DNA of 64,000 nucleotides from contig JAANOX010000117.1 in the NCBI GenBank assembly GCA_020184695.1, positions 186,001-250,000 of the forward strand, given 5' to 3'. The notes beneath the pieces are model-generated. The model ran no database searches and was not told the DNA's origin. It was given only the letters and a program-made list of their open reading frames with translations. Of the stretch, positions 1 to 12,461 are shown piece after piece. Made by a program: the position numbers and the translations under genes. The stretch comes from Histomonas meleagridis 2922-C6/04-290x (taxonomy: Eukaryota; Protista; Parabasalia). Position 1 is the stretch's first letter. Each line of letters starts with the position of its first letter.

Positions 1-83
1 CCAAATCATATATAAAATATTTCAAATTTGAATATTATATCAAAATCAAAATAATTAATTTTTATTATACATCCATATTTGCA

Positions 84-1336
84 TTATAACAAATTTTCTT
101 CATCTTCTTTAACAATATCTGCAACTAAATAATTTACATTTTCATTTTGTTTTGTGCTTGATGTTGTTGAATCTTTGAAGTGTAACTTTGAAGTAGTTTT
201 ATCTTTTTTATTGTTATATTTAACTAAAAATATAACAATTCCGATAATTATCAAAACAAATGCAATTGATCCACAAATTATTCCAATTAAAGCTGGAGTT
301 GTAATTCCATTTGATGATTCATTTATACTATAACTTATATATGTGTAATAATTTGAATAATAATTATAATACGTCGAGTAAATAACAATTGTGTAATCAT
401 AAAAAATAAGTTCCGTTTCAATATATGAAAATGTTGAATGACTTATAAACAACGAAAATGATTTCGCTTGTGTTTCATAAATGGCAAATGATTGCGTAAA
501 CGATAATGAAATAGTTAATATATAAGAAAAAGATAAAGTTAAATAACTTTGAAGTGATTTTGTAAATGTATTTGATTTAGTCAATGTTTTCGATTTAATG
601 AATGTATTTGATTGAGTATATGTATTTGATTTAGTTAATGTATTCGATTGTGTATATGTATTTGAACTTGAAAATGAATGTGTAAACAATGGTATGCAAA
701 CTCCTCCTTCATAATCATTCACTGCAAATGGACCAAATCTTGGATCATCATATGTTGGATATGTAAGAACTGTTGCATCAACTGAAAAAAATGCACTTTC
801 TCCAACCCATGGTCGTGAAATACCATAATAATAAATACATTGAAGATTATAACATTGCGAAAATGCACCATTTGCAATCACTGATAATCCTGTGCAAAGT
901 GTTAATATCTTTAACCCATAACAACATGAAAATGCTGATGTTCCAATGAATTGAAATGAATTTGGAATTGTAATATTTATTAGTGATATACAATTTGCAA
1001 ATGAATTATCTCCAAAACTTGTTAATCCTGTACCAAATGTCAAAGTGTCAAATTATAACAATTTGAAAATGCTGCGGACCCGGTTTTTGTTACTGAATTA
1101 CTAAATTTAACACAAACTATTGGCCATTCAATAATAGCGCTACCCGGAATTATAGTAATATTTTCACCAATAATAATATTTTCAGTTATATTTGCATAAG
1201 AATTTATATTATTAAAATCATTATCATTTTCGATTAAAAGCGTTGAGTTATCATAATTGAAAATTATTTGATAAGAATTCATGAAAAAAAGAACAAATAC
1301 AAAAACTTTTTTGGTTTTGTTTTCTTTTGTTTTCAA
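84..1336 (-). CDS. BspA-like leucine-rich-repeat surface protein with S/T-rich stalk and TM tail; one frameshift near 1040-1046
   Basis: TpLRR-type repeats (IGTSAFSCCYGLKILTL, IANGAFSQCYNLQCI), SNT(F/Y)T repeats, TM helix (LIGIICGSIAFVLIIIGIVIFLV) and acidic tail. ORFs 1040..1336 and 84..1043 join if one T is restored (TTG ACA CT TTG ACA). Start codon uncertain; first ATG at 1282. Confidence 0.75.
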
Positions 1337-1986
1337 TTCATCATCTTTTTGATAAACTTTTTTGTAGTAAATATAAAGATTTGTTTTCTAACAAAAATAA
1401 AGTATTTTCGGTTACGATGCAAAACGAAGTTTTTCAATGGATAACGATCGAAACCGGCCGACAGGATGGTGGATGGAGTGCCCTAATGTGGCATTTCTAT
1501 TTTTCCTCAAATTTCCTATCATTCAAAAACCGCAAAATGGAGGGCGTTTTACATCAGAGCCGTATTTTCAAATGAAAAAAATCAAATCACACAAGACATT
1601 AACATGAATTTATTTTTATACTTTGCTATTTGTTCCATTAAAATTAGCAAAGTGCAAATCACTATCATGATAATAACATAATGTATGGTATAATGAATAA
1701 AACAAGTATCCCCGAAGTACAATAGGGATTAAGGTTGTTTCTAAAATTTAAAGATACATAAAGAAAAAAATGATTAATTTCATATAACAGATATTTTTTT
1801 TGAAATAAAATGTTTCCTTATTTTCAATTAAATTAGAAGAGATTAAATTTAATTTAGTTCTTTCATGGTTATTTATTTTACAAACGCACATTGTCAATTG
1901 ATCAAAACAGTTAATTTGTATACTTTACAACAAAGGACACCCCGCTATATAACGTACCCTTAAAAAACATCAAATAAAAATTAGGA

Positions 1987-2592
1987 ATGACGACACTAAC
2001 AGAAGAAATGATATTAGCAAAAAGCACAAAAGCTTCTAGTCTTTCAGATATTCATAACTTGAACCTGTGGGGTATGTCTCTAAAAGATGTTTCAATTGTT
2101 AAAAAACTTCCAAATGTTCAATCAATTGCATTATCTGTCAACAAAATTAATACTCTTGAACCATTTTCATACTGTAAAAGGTTGAGAGAGTTGTTTTTGA
2201 GAAAAAATTCGATTTCATCACTTTCAGATTTATATTATTTGAAAGATCTGGAGTTTCTCCAAGTACTTTGGCTATCAAATAATCCAATAACAGAACAAGA
2301 AAATTATAGACCATTTGCTATTGCCATCCTACCTCATCTTACAAAATTGGATGAAGAGGATATTACAGAAAAGGAGCGAAGTGAAGCACAGGAACTATTT
2401 CGCAGGAAGAAATTAGGGGAGCTTATCAAAGATCCACGAAAACCAGTTTCATCAAAACCCTCAATTTCTAGTACATCATCAAATGCATCTCAAAAAAACA
2501 TACTAAATGCGATTTACATTCTGCTTAATGAGCTTGATTGTGAAGCTCTTGAAGTATTGTATGATCAAATTCAACAGATTCGAAAGAAATGA
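1987..2592 (+). CDS. CFAP410: CFAP410/C21orf2-like LRR ciliary protein
   Basis: LNLWG-LSVNKI-LFLRKNSI-LWLSNNPI LRR series, LRR cap (YRPFAIAILPHLTKLD) and C-terminal NILNAIYILLNELD motif typical of the family. Confidence 0.75.
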   Translation: MTTLTEEMILAKSTKASSLSDIHNLNLWGMSLKDVSIVKKLPNVQSIALSVNKINTLEPFSYCKRLRELFLRKNSISSLSDLYYLKDLEFLQVLWLSNNPITEQENYRPFAIAILPHLTKLDEEDITEKERSEAQELFRRKKLGELIKDPRKPVSSKPSISSTSSNASQKNILNAIYILLNELDCEALEVLYDQIQQIRKK

Positions 2593-2721
2593 ATAAATAT
2601 TTTGTTCATATCCATTTCATGATTAAAAATATACATTTTTTTTATAAAAAAATAGGAATAGGAGTTGATCTATTAATGATTTTTCAGATGCAAGAATTCA
2701 TCAAAAACGAACGTTAAGAAT

Positions 2722-4572
2722 ATGTTTTTTCTTTTTTTCCAATTAATTTCATTACACATAATTGGAATTGACTTAGGAACTACATTTTCTGTTGCTGCTG
2801 TTTATAGAAATAATAATGTTGAAATCATACCAGATGAATCAGATCAAAATACAATTCCTTCAGTTGTTTCATATTACAAAGGAGATCGTGTAGTTGGTGA
2901 CAGTGCTCTTAAACTTAAAACAATTATTCCAGAAGAAACAATTTTTGCAGTCAAACGAATAATTGGTCGTCGCTTTTCCGATGAATCTGTTCAACAAGAA
3001 CTCAAACGAGTTCCATACCATATTGTTGATATTGATGATCGTCCATTTATTAAAATTTTCCAATCAGATGATGATGATCTAATTGTTAGCCCAGAAGAAA
3101 TTTCAGCTCTTATTCTCACCAAGCTGAAACTCCAATGTGAAAAATATCTCAAAGAACCAATTACTGATGCTGTAATCACTGTTCCCGCATATTTTAATGA
3201 AGAACAACGAAAAGCCACACTCATTGCAGGCGAAATATCAGGCCTTAAAGTTCGTCGCATTATCAGTGAACCCACAGCCGCAGCATTAGCTTATGGCCTT
3301 GCACAAAAAGGCGATAAATATGTCATTGTCTACGATCTCGGCGGCGGTACATTTGATGTTTCACTTCTTGCTATGGAAAATGGCTATTTTGAAGTCATTG
3401 CAACAGGTGGTGACACACGTCTTGGTGGGGAAGACTTTGATGACCGCTGTGTTCATGAGATGCTTCAACGCTTTTATTCACAAACGAATCGCGATGTTTC
3501 ACATGATAAAGTGTCTATTTCTAGATTAAAGAAATCGTGTGAAAAAGCGAAAATTGAATTATCAACAAAGAACGAAACTATAATTAATATTCCTTTATTT
3601 ATTGATGATATTGATTTAAAGGAAGTATTTACGAGAGAACAATTTGATTCTCATAATATTGATCTCTATAATAAAACATTAGAAATCATTGATAAAGTAC
3701 TTCAAGATGGAGAAATCACTAAAAACGAAATAAATGACATCGTAATGATTGGAGGGAGCACACGTATTCCAACGATTCGTGAAATTGTTTCCAATCATTT
3801 CGATGGTAAGGAATTATGTCTTAGCATTAATCCTGATGAAGCTGTTGCATACGGCGCAGCTATCCAAGCGTCGATAATCGATAATATGTCAACGGACTTA
3901 GTCATTATCGATGTATATCCATTAACACTTGGCGTTGAGACAGTTGGCGGGTTAATGTCGCCAATCATTCGACGTAACACTCGAATTCCAGTAAAACGAA
4001 GTAAATTGTTTACTACTTTTAATGATGACTCTGCTGGTGCACGAATAGAAATATTCGAAGGTGAACGAAAATTTACTCGCGATAATCGAGTACTTGGCGT
4101 TTTTGAGTTGCATAAGTTGCCAAGAGCTCCAAGAGGAACATTACAAATCGAAGTCATTTTCGAAATCGATGCAAACGCTATATTAACAGTTACAGCGAAA
4201 GAATTGTCGACAATGAACTCGGAGTCGATACAAATTGATACATTGGAATTTACGTTGTCGCAAATGGAAATCGAAGACGCAATTGAAAGCGCAAATTTGT
4301 TTAAAGAAGAAGACGAAAAAGATGTTAAAAGAGTTAAGGCAAGAATAGAATACGAAGGGGAAATTTTGGATGCATTGAGAAATATAAAAAATGAAAAAGA
4401 GAAAGAAAAAGAAAATTATAAGGAAATGAAGAAGAAATTAAAGGAAAGACAAAAGTGGATAGAGGAAAACCCAATGGAAGCACCTGAGATATATAAAAAG
4501 AAATGCGAAGAATTGAGAAGCGAATTGGCAATGATGTTCCGTGTGAAACAAATTGCTGGAAACGAACTATAG
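2722..4572 (+). CDS. HSP70: Hsp70, ER (BiP-like) type, divergent
   Basis: IIGIDLGTTFS, VPAYFN, DLGGGTFDVS, GGEDFD, GGSTRIP, NPDEAVAYGA motifs; N-terminal hydrophobic signal peptide; C-terminal GNEL resembling an ER retention signal. Confidence 0.92.
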   Translation: MFFLFFQLISLHIIGIDLGTTFSVAAVYRNNNVEIIPDESDQNTIPSVVSYYKGDRVVGDSALKLKTIIPEETIFAVKRIIGRRFSDESVQQELKRVPYHIVDIDDRPFIKIFQSDDDDLIVSPEEISALILTKLKLQCEKYLKEPITDAVITVPAYFNEEQRKATLIAGEISGLKVRRIISEPTAAALAYGLAQKGDKYVIVYDLGGGTFDVSLLAMENGYFEVIATGGDTRLGGEDFDDRCVHEMLQRFYSQTNRDVSHDKVSISRLKKSCEKAKIELSTKNETIINIPLFIDDIDLKEVFTREQFDSHNIDLYNKTLEIIDKVLQDGEITKNEINDIVMIGGSTRIPTIREIVSNHFDGKELCLSINPDEAVAYGAAIQASIIDNMSTDLVIIDVYPLTLGVETVGGLMSPIIRRNTRIPVKRSKLFTTFNDDSAGARIEIFEGERKFTRDNRVLGVFELHKLPRAPRGTLQIEVIFEIDANAILTVTAKELSTMNSESIQIDTLEFTLSQMEIEDAIESANLFKEEDEKDVKRVKARIEYEGEILDALRNIKNEKEKEKENYKEMKKKLKERQKWIEENPMEAPEIYKKKCEELRSELAMMFRVKQIAGNEL

Positions 4573-4719
4573 AGTTTTAATAAATTTATTATGTCAGTCA
4601 ATTCTTTATCAGGATAAAACTAGGAATAAAATCATTTCGTTGTTATTCATCTTATTTATCAAAAATTCTTTTCAATATATTTTTAAGCAATGAATATTAA
4701 ATGATTAAAGAACTGAAAT

Positions 4720-5300
4720 ATCACCTGTTATGGAGCCTTCAACATTTCACTGTGGCCAAAGGAACAACAATTAAAGAATGCATTCCAGAAACAATAACAT
4801 TTACATAATCAAATATTTTCAGATGTCAAATTTCTTTTCACAAAGTAACACATTTATTAATTCAAAAACATATTCAGTGAAAGTATTGCTATAGTTTTGG
4901 TCATAACATTAATTAATGCATACACTTTGAGATATTGCATTCTATAATAAATTTAACATATTCAAACAGTTTAATTAATTAATTTAAAAATTTAAAATTT
5001 AAAATATTGGACCAGGAAATACATATATCCAAAATTTTGCTAATATATTATACATACACAATTGTTTTTATTCATTTTATCAAAGTTATAATAAAAATAG
5101 AACAAATTCAAGTAACAACAAAACATAATAATTATATTTTTAATTGTTATTTTGATGATTACAGTGTAGAATAAACAAATGATTCAGAACAAAATAAGGA
5201 AACAATTAACACATTTGAAACACGGTTTTCTGCCAAAAATATTGAAGAAGATCAATTTGCAAACGATTTCATATATGAAAAGTTTGGTGTTCGATTATAA
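4720..5300 (+). pseudogene. Decayed surface-protein gene remnant (stalk/TM/acidic tail)
   Basis: Broken S/T-rich and Y/F/I-rich segments ending in KNIEEDQFANDF..EKF (about 5235-5290), which matches the tail KNIEEDPFAVDFNDEKF of the gene ending at 17521. No long ORF. Confidence 0.5.
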
Positions 5301-5746
5301 TTTTATTTTTAATAAAAAACAATAGAAAATATATTAAATTTTATTATTTTTATGTAAATCCTGTTTTAATTTTATTTAAAGCTAAGATTTCTATTTTCAT
5401 GAAAATATAGATTTCCAGTTAATAAAGATATCAACATTTAAGAAGCTGAAATGCTTTAACAAAACTAGAACATTAGTGAAATATTATCTCACTTATTTTA
5501 ATTATTTTAAGATATTAGAAAAGAATTAAAGAAGAAATTTTATTTAAAAAAAATTGTTATTTAGAATTTCAATATATCTATGTTTTCTCATATCTTTAAA
5601 AATCCACATTTACAACACATTCAGAAAACTCAACTTTTAGTATTTATTAATTTGGACAAATGATCCTTAACCACACATAGAACATATAAACCATACAAAT
5701 TTCCACATCATGCGACCATATAATAATTGAAATCGGTTAATTGTAA

Positions 5747-7456
5747 ATGATTTCCAAGAGAAACGATTTTCTCCAACTCTTTCCCAACTGCACAGGGTCT
5801 GCTCTTTACATAACCCCACAACTTCTTAAAGGTGCAGCTGAAGAAACCACAATTCATTCTGCTATATGGAAATTTTTCCTTGTCATAGCACCACAAGCGC
5901 CCAACAAAGCCATCAAATCAGATGATTGGGTACGTATTCTCAAAGAAAAACGTGATGAGTTTTTTAAATTGAAACAAGAGTATATCAAAGATGCTCCAGA
6001 TGATGATTCCATTGATCCACTTTTAGCCAAACAAGATTCTCGTTGGGACCAATTCTTTAAAGACCAAGAACTACGTCGACAAATACGTCTCGACACCTCT
6101 CGTGCCTTTCAAGATATGGAGTTTTTCCAAAACGAAGCCATTCTTTCATTAATTGAAGATATTCTATTTCTATTTTGTCGCACACATCCCAATTATGGTT
6201 ATCCACAAGGTCTTCATGAACTTGCAGCCTATATCTTGTATGTATTTCATTCGGAAATGATAGCTGAAGACAATGATGTTATATCATTTATCTTTAATTC
6301 AGCATCTGTCGTCCCCGATGCATACTTTACATTTGCCGCATTAGCCGAATCCATTGAGCCCTTGTATCAAGCGAGCGAGACATCAAAGGATGGCAGTTTT
6401 TGTTCAAATTTGGCAAATGACATTCAAAACAAATTATTACGGGAACAATGTCCAGAGTTATCTCGTGTGTTACAGCAATCTGGTATATTACCATCATCAT
6501 ATATGTTACAATGGTTACGATTATTATTTTTACGAGTTTTTGATTTCGAAAGTATTAAATCAATGTGGGATATTATCTTTGCATATTTACCGAACTTAAA
6601 TATAATATCATATACATGTGTTGCAATGTTATTAAATGCGCAAAACAAACTATTAAATTCCGATTCAACACAAATATTACAATTTTTGTTCCATTATCCC
6701 GATTTACCACATCCAGCACGTTTTGTTGTTGAAGCTGCGAAAATTATTACATCGAAAGAAAAGAAAAATGAATCCGTTGATATTATAACTATAGTTTCCG
6801 AAAGATTAAATGAACTTTCAGGGAAATTAAACGAAATTTGTATTAAATTGGGATATGAAGAAGCTATGCCTTACGTAATGGACATTAGAAGAACAAGAGA
6901 TGTGTTGTTAGGCATTTTACCTATTGAAGAAATGTTACCACTTGAACAAGCTGTCGAATTGTTTAGACCAATTTCGGTGGAGTATCAAGTGAAAGAAAAT
7001 TTAATGGAAGAAGCAATATCACATAAAAATAATAACGAAAAAGAAAATAATTCGAAATTGGAAATGGTCAAAGCGTCGTCTTCAACTTCGACAATTGTTA
7101 ATAATAACGAAGCTAAAAATTTGTTGTTCGAAATTGTTGACGATGATAATAATAACAGCACAAAAGAAAACGAAAACGAAAAAAATAATAAAAGTATAAA
7201 CGCAAAGAAGAAAAACGTCGTTCATTTGTTTGATGACGATGTACCAACACCAAAGGTACAAAATGTAAATGTTCCTGGCGGCGATTTATTCGGCAAAGAT
7301 GTTAAACCTATAAAAGAAACGCCATTAATAGGTCGGAAAGAGCCAAAGGGTTTGTTGTTCGAAGAGGAAAATATAAAGAAAAAGAAAAAGGGAAATAATA
7401 AAACAAAGAAAGCAAAGTTAACTCAGGCAAAGAAACCTGATGAACTTTTTGCATAA
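5747..7456 (+). CDS. TBC-domain Rab GTPase-activating protein (TBC1D5-like)
   Basis: IRLDTSRAF (IxxDxxR) and YPQGLHEL (YxQ) catalytic fingers, YMLQWLRLLFLRVF, WDIIF. Confidence 0.88.
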   Translation: MISKRNDFLQLFPNCTGSALYITPQLLKGAAEETTIHSAIWKFFLVIAPQAPNKAIKSDDWVRILKEKRDEFFKLKQEYIKDAPDDDSIDPLLAKQDSRWDQFFKDQELRRQIRLDTSRAFQDMEFFQNEAILSLIEDILFLFCRTHPNYGYPQGLHELAAYILYVFHSEMIAEDNDVISFIFNSASVVPDAYFTFAALAESIEPLYQASETSKDGSFCSNLANDIQNKLLREQCPELSRVLQQSGILPSSYMLQWLRLLFLRVFDFESIKSMWDIIFAYLPNLNIISYTCVAMLLNAQNKLLNSDSTQILQFLFHYPDLPHPARFVVEAAKIITSKEKKNESVDIITIVSERLNELSGKLNEICIKLGYEEAMPYVMDIRRTRDVLLGILPIEEMLPLEQAVELFRPISVEYQVKENLMEEAISHKNNNEKENNSKLEMVKASSSTSTIVNNNEAKNLLFEIVDDDNNNSTKENENEKNNKSINAKKKNVVHLFDDDVPTPKVQNVNVPGGDLFGKDVKPIKETPLIGRKEPKGLLFEEENIKKKKKGNNKTKKAKLTQAKKPDELFA

Positions 7457-7962
7457 AAATAACATATATAGTAACACTACTTTTTTATGTCGTTTTGTTG
7501 AGACAAAAACAAAAAAGTTTTCGTTAACTGTCTAAATTATTTAAAGAATTTGGTTAACGATAATGAAAATGTGAAAGACGATGGAACTTTTTAATAGAGT
7601 ATATCACTTTTGTTTGCTTTATTTGCACACAAAAACCTGATGTAAACTACGATATTAACAGTTAACTGTTGAAAAACAATAACAAAATTCTTATTTTGAT
7701 TTAGAAATTATTTTTTTTTATGCGATAAATGACTCTAAATTAAAGTACATTAGAAAAATATGTAAAATATGAATAAACAAAAAATTAAATTTGTTAATAT
7801 TAATATTAAAATATTAAAAATATAAATTTAAATATATCCAACCTTAAACTTAAAATAATAATATTGGCCTTTTTATGATTTGTTTAACTGTTTTTTGCAT
7901 TTTGGCCAATTGAACTTTGGTCAGATGCCGCCTATCGTTAACCGACAGCTGCATATTGCCAA

Positions 7963-10125
7963 ATGAGGCCGCGCAGATACAAAAATCCAGAGATGGAGAC
8001 AAACCAACAACCACCACCACCAGTAACAAACACAACTCTCCCAAGTACAAACGTAGTACCAAATGCTGTTGAAAATAGAGCTCAAATTACTTTCCCATGG
8101 GCAAACCCAAATCTTTTAACACCAAACTTACCACAAGGAACTTCTCCATTCCTTCCTTACTTTAGAACAGTAACACCGATTTTCCCGTCAAGTAAAGAAG
8201 TTGCTGCTCAAGCTAAAGTTCCACTCGGATTAATCATTTCTCCAGCTCTTGTTGATGGTGTTCAAGAAATTGATTCGACTCAAGAAAATGTAACCCGCTG
8301 CACTACATGTTTAGCTTATCTTTGTCCTCAATGCAAAGTATCTCCAAATGGAAGAGAATGGATATGTGCAATTTGTGGAAAGGCTAACCCAATAATCTCC
8401 AAGTCATATTCGATGGTACCATTTGCAGCAAGGCCTGAGTTTTCAGCTTCAGTTTACCAATACATTGCTCCAAAGCCATACATACATATCAACTCAGGTC
8501 CAGTATTTCTCTTCTTAGTTGATATGTCTTACAACACTTATGCAACAGGTCTTACAACTCAGATGCTTAACTCAATCAAAGCTTCATTACCAGATATTCC
8601 CGATCATTATAGACTTGGATTAATGACAATGGCAAACACAGTTTCTGTCTACGATCTCAAATCCCAATCCGAAATTATAATAGCTGATCCAGATGAAGCT
8701 AATCAAATTGTATTACCAAATTTATTCCAAACAAAAGCCAAATGTCGCGAATCTCTTGAAGCTATTCTTGATTCCCTTATTTCAAAAGTTCCAGATATCA
8801 ATATTCCAGGACATTGTCTTGGATCTGCATATCTCGTAATTTCTAAGATCATGCAAGGAACAGGTGGTATTGTTCTTGCTAGCTTTACAGGACTTCCTGT
8901 TTATGGCCATGCAAAGCTTAAGTCACGTCAAGCTAACGATGAGCTCTCATTACTCAAGTTGCCACCAGACGGCAGCGGCAAGTTCTATCGTGAAGTTGCA
9001 TTTGCGCTTAACCGCGCCTGCGTATCGGTGCACATTTTCACCGCTGGAAACGAATTCAAAGATTTATCGACGGTTGCGGTTCCTTCCGGTTTGACATGCG
9101 GTGAATGTCACCATTATGGGGTATTAGATGAAGCACAACTCGCCAAGATGCACTCAGATATCTATGGCACATTAATGGATAGTTACTGTTGGGATAGTAG
9201 TGTAAGGCTTCGATGTTCAACCGGAATTAAGATTTCTCGACCTTTCACTAATTGTATTATTAGTCAAGACCTTGTATCTTTCCCTGTCATAGCACGTGAG
9301 AACTCTATTGCTTATGGCATTGAAGTCGAAGGAAATGTATCAAATGCAATATTTCAATTATCATTCATCTTTACTGATTCTAATTGTCGTCGTATGATCC
9401 GTATCTTTACCTTTACATCACCGTTATCCAATTCTCCACAAACCATTGGAAGTTGTATTGATGAAGCAGCTCTTGTCACTTTTATCTCACGCAAAGCTGC
9501 TACAGCGGTGTTGTCAACGGGTCCTTCCGAAGCTTCAGTTACCCTCAGGAAGAATATGAGCCAAATTTTCTTCAATCGTATTCAAGTGTCATCTGCATAT
9601 CATTTACTTCATTCATTATTATGTTGTTCTACTATTCGACCAGCGCAACATCCATTAGGGGTTGATGGCCGAATGTCCGAACTCATTCGATTACGTTCCA
9701 TTGACCTAACTGACTTAATCATATATTTATATCCGCGTATGTTTGTAACAGATGCCGAACAAATAATGGTTCTTCCATTAACAGGGCAATCATTTGCAGC
9801 CGGGCATTGTTTCCTTGTTCACACTGTCGATAAGATATACATCTGGTTAAGTAGCGAAGTCACACCTGAGTACCTTCAAAACGCGTTCGGAGTAAGCTCG
9901 TTCGATAAAGTGGCTGAGCAATTACCGAAATTGGAGACAAAGGAAAACCAACAGCTGCAGCAGCTGCTCACCGAGTGCTGGGAACTAAGCGGAAGGTACC
10001 TCCCAGTAGAGGTGATACCGCAAGGAAACCCGAAGGAGGCAATATTCGGTGAAATACTGGTGGACGACTCGGCGGCGTGCGGGGCACCCCTGCAGCAGTG
10101 GATGAAGGAGTTTCAGGCAATTTGA
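7963..10125 (+). CDS. SEC24: COPII coat subunit Sec24-like
   Basis: VPLGLIISP, zinc finger RCTTCLAYLCPQC...WICAICG, vWA trunk FLFLVDMS, VRLRCSTGIKI beta-sandwich, RMIRIFT, gelsolin-like end. True start may be the ATG at 7993. Confidence 0.9.
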   Translation: MRPRRYKNPEMETNQQPPPPVTNTTLPSTNVVPNAVENRAQITFPWANPNLLTPNLPQGTSPFLPYFRTVTPIFPSSKEVAAQAKVPLGLIISPALVDGVQEIDSTQENVTRCTTCLAYLCPQCKVSPNGREWICAICGKANPIISKSYSMVPFAARPEFSASVYQYIAPKPYIHINSGPVFLFLVDMSYNTYATGLTTQMLNSIKASLPDIPDHYRLGLMTMANTVSVYDLKSQSEIIIADPDEANQIVLPNLFQTKAKCRESLEAILDSLISKVPDINIPGHCLGSAYLVISKIMQGTGGIVLASFTGLPVYGHAKLKSRQANDELSLLKLPPDGSGKFYREVAFALNRACVSVHIFTAGNEFKDLSTVAVPSGLTCGECHHYGVLDEAQLAKMHSDIYGTLMDSYCWDSSVRLRCSTGIKISRPFTNCIISQDLVSFPVIARENSIAYGIEVEGNVSNAIFQLSFIFTDSNCRRMIRIFTFTSPLSNSPQTIGSCIDEAALVTFISRKAATAVLSTGPSEASVTLRKNMSQIFFNRIQVSSAYHLLHSLLCCSTIRPAQHPLGVDGRMSELIRLRSIDLTDLIIYLYPRMFVTDAEQIMVLPLTGQSFAAGHCFLVHTVDKIYIWLSSEVTPEYLQNAFGVSSFDKVAEQLPKLETKENQQLQQLLTECWELSGRYLPVEVIPQGNPKEAIFGEILVDDSAACGAPLQQWMKEFQAI

Positions 10126-10441
10126 ATAAATAAACAAAATTAAATGATATCATTTCGATTGCAGCGCGCCGTGGCATGCGTTTCTTTAAGGATAATCAGC
10201 AACGGCACTGTGTTGTGTGTGATTCGCTTTTGTGTGGAAAACGTTCAACGATTATTGAATTTATCGGTAATAAAAATGACGATCGTAACTTTGGGTTTTT
10301 GAGAACGTTGAACATACATTTTTGATTGAAATTGTAAACAGATGGGTTCAAAAACGATATCGTGCATTCAACGCATTCAAAAGCTTTGGTTTTGAAATTA
10401 ACGTCTTTTCCATGGGGATTAGCGGGGTTTGCAAATATATA

Positions 10442-12461
10442 ATGTTATCGATTTTATTCTGTTTTACCAATGCGAATGAAATTAACTTACGAGTAAACTT
10501 CGAAGAAAACCATACTTTGTTGAATTGGACTGAGTTTTCTGTTGATCAAGATATATCTTATACTGCTTACTCTAAAAGTAATATATCTGACTGGATGCCA
10601 CTTAGCGCATTCGATTTTAAGACAACAAAAAATATCAGTGTTCTTAATGTATATCCTGATGTTAATGGGGATCACTATTATACAACAATTAATTTTATAA
10701 ACGGTTCATCTATGTATCTGCCACTAACTGCTGTATTGAAGATTTGGATGGAAGGAGGTTATTATACTTATGAAAACATATCATATAACTTCACTGCTTT
10801 GGGTACAAATCACACCTCAGGAGAACAAATTATTCATGTTACACCTGTTTCTAAAGGTGATTTTGATAACATGAGTTTAGACGAAATGAAGAAGTACGAT
10901 GTGATCGTAATTGGATTCATGGATGCAAATGGCGACTTTGGTACATGGTTCCCTGAAGATGAAACTGTTCAACGCGTTTCAGAATATATTGATCTTGGTT
11001 ATGGAGTTCTGTTTGGACATGATGTTGTTGGATATGTTTTTGGAAATGAAAAAGGATATGGACAAGTTGCATCAAAATTTGGAATATTACTTGGAACGGA
11101 AGAATATAATACAACTTATTTTAAGGCTGATGACTGTTCAAATGGTACATTTTCAACAGGATGGATGCATTATAGTGATGAATTTCGTGTTACGAAACGT
11201 GGATTATTAACAAATTATCCATATTCAATTCCAGATGGTAATCTAACATGCTTTGAAACGCACACATGTTCAAATGCAGCATTTGGAGATGTATGGGCAG
11301 AAATGGGTCGTAATACTCAAGCTGACATATATAATTATTCTAATTTTACAGAAGCAGAAAATTATGCATGGAATTTAAGTGGATACACAGAACCAAGATA
11401 TGGGAATCCGCATTATTATTTGACAACATATAAAAACACAGCAATGATTCAAACAGGTCATACATTTGCGAGTGCGACATTATATGAACGACAACTTCTT
11501 ACGAATACTATTTATTATTTATATCAAAAGACGTCACATCAATATTTATATGATAATTCGATTGAAACGCCAACATTAAAATCACCAAACATTACTACAT
11601 GTGGATATCGAAGTATTGAAATACAAATGTAATAATAAAACAGAAACAATTTTTTATAAAGTTATTGGAAATTCTACGAATGGTACAATATATGAATCAG
11701 AAGAAACAAAATTTAATGTTACATCATTTGCGACAAGATATTATTATATTATTGATGAAAACGATTCAACAGTAATTACATATGAAAATTTAAATGAAGC
11801 AAATGAAACGAATGGATTTATAACTGATATTCCTAATGACAATGTTTACATTCATGTTGCATCGTATGATAATTTTGGGAAACTGAGTGATACATCACAT
11901 TTTTATATGGTAATGTCTACAAATACATTCTCGAATACATTTACTAAATCAAATACATATTCACAAAGTAACACATTTACTAAATCAAATACATTTACTG
12001 ATTCAAGCACATTTTCTAGTTCAAATTCATTTACTTCATCAGTTCCATTTGATGCAACTCTTTCACATACATTCGTCATTAGTTATTCATATTTTATTAC
12101 ACAAACAATTACAATTCAAAGTAAATATATGAATACGTATACATTTTCTATGTTAGATTCGACATTCATTTATATTAATACAATCTTTGTTTATTATGAA
12201 CAACATGTTATTACATATTCAACATATTATTCATTTTATTCCGATTTTTATCTTATTCTTTCACGAACGGAAGATACTAATACGAAAAGTCAATATTTTA
12301 GTCAAGGAGAACTTGTTGGTATTTCATGTGGATCTGTTGCCATCATATTAATAATTGCTGGTATTATTATTTTTGTTGTTAAACATCGGAAAGCACCATC
12401 AGAAGCGAGTCAAGCATTTGATTATGGAGAAATGAAATTGAAAAATATTGATGATATTTAA
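10442..12461 (+). CDS. Type I surface protein, paralogue 1 (Firmicute-like ectodomain, SNTFTK stalk, TM); +1 frameshift near 11625
   Basis: Signal peptide MLSILFCFTNA. ORFs 10322..11632 and 11601..12461 join by removing one A (ATACAAATGT versus ATACAATGT in paralogue 2). TM helix GELVGISCGSVAIILIIAGIIIFVV. Confidence 0.8.
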
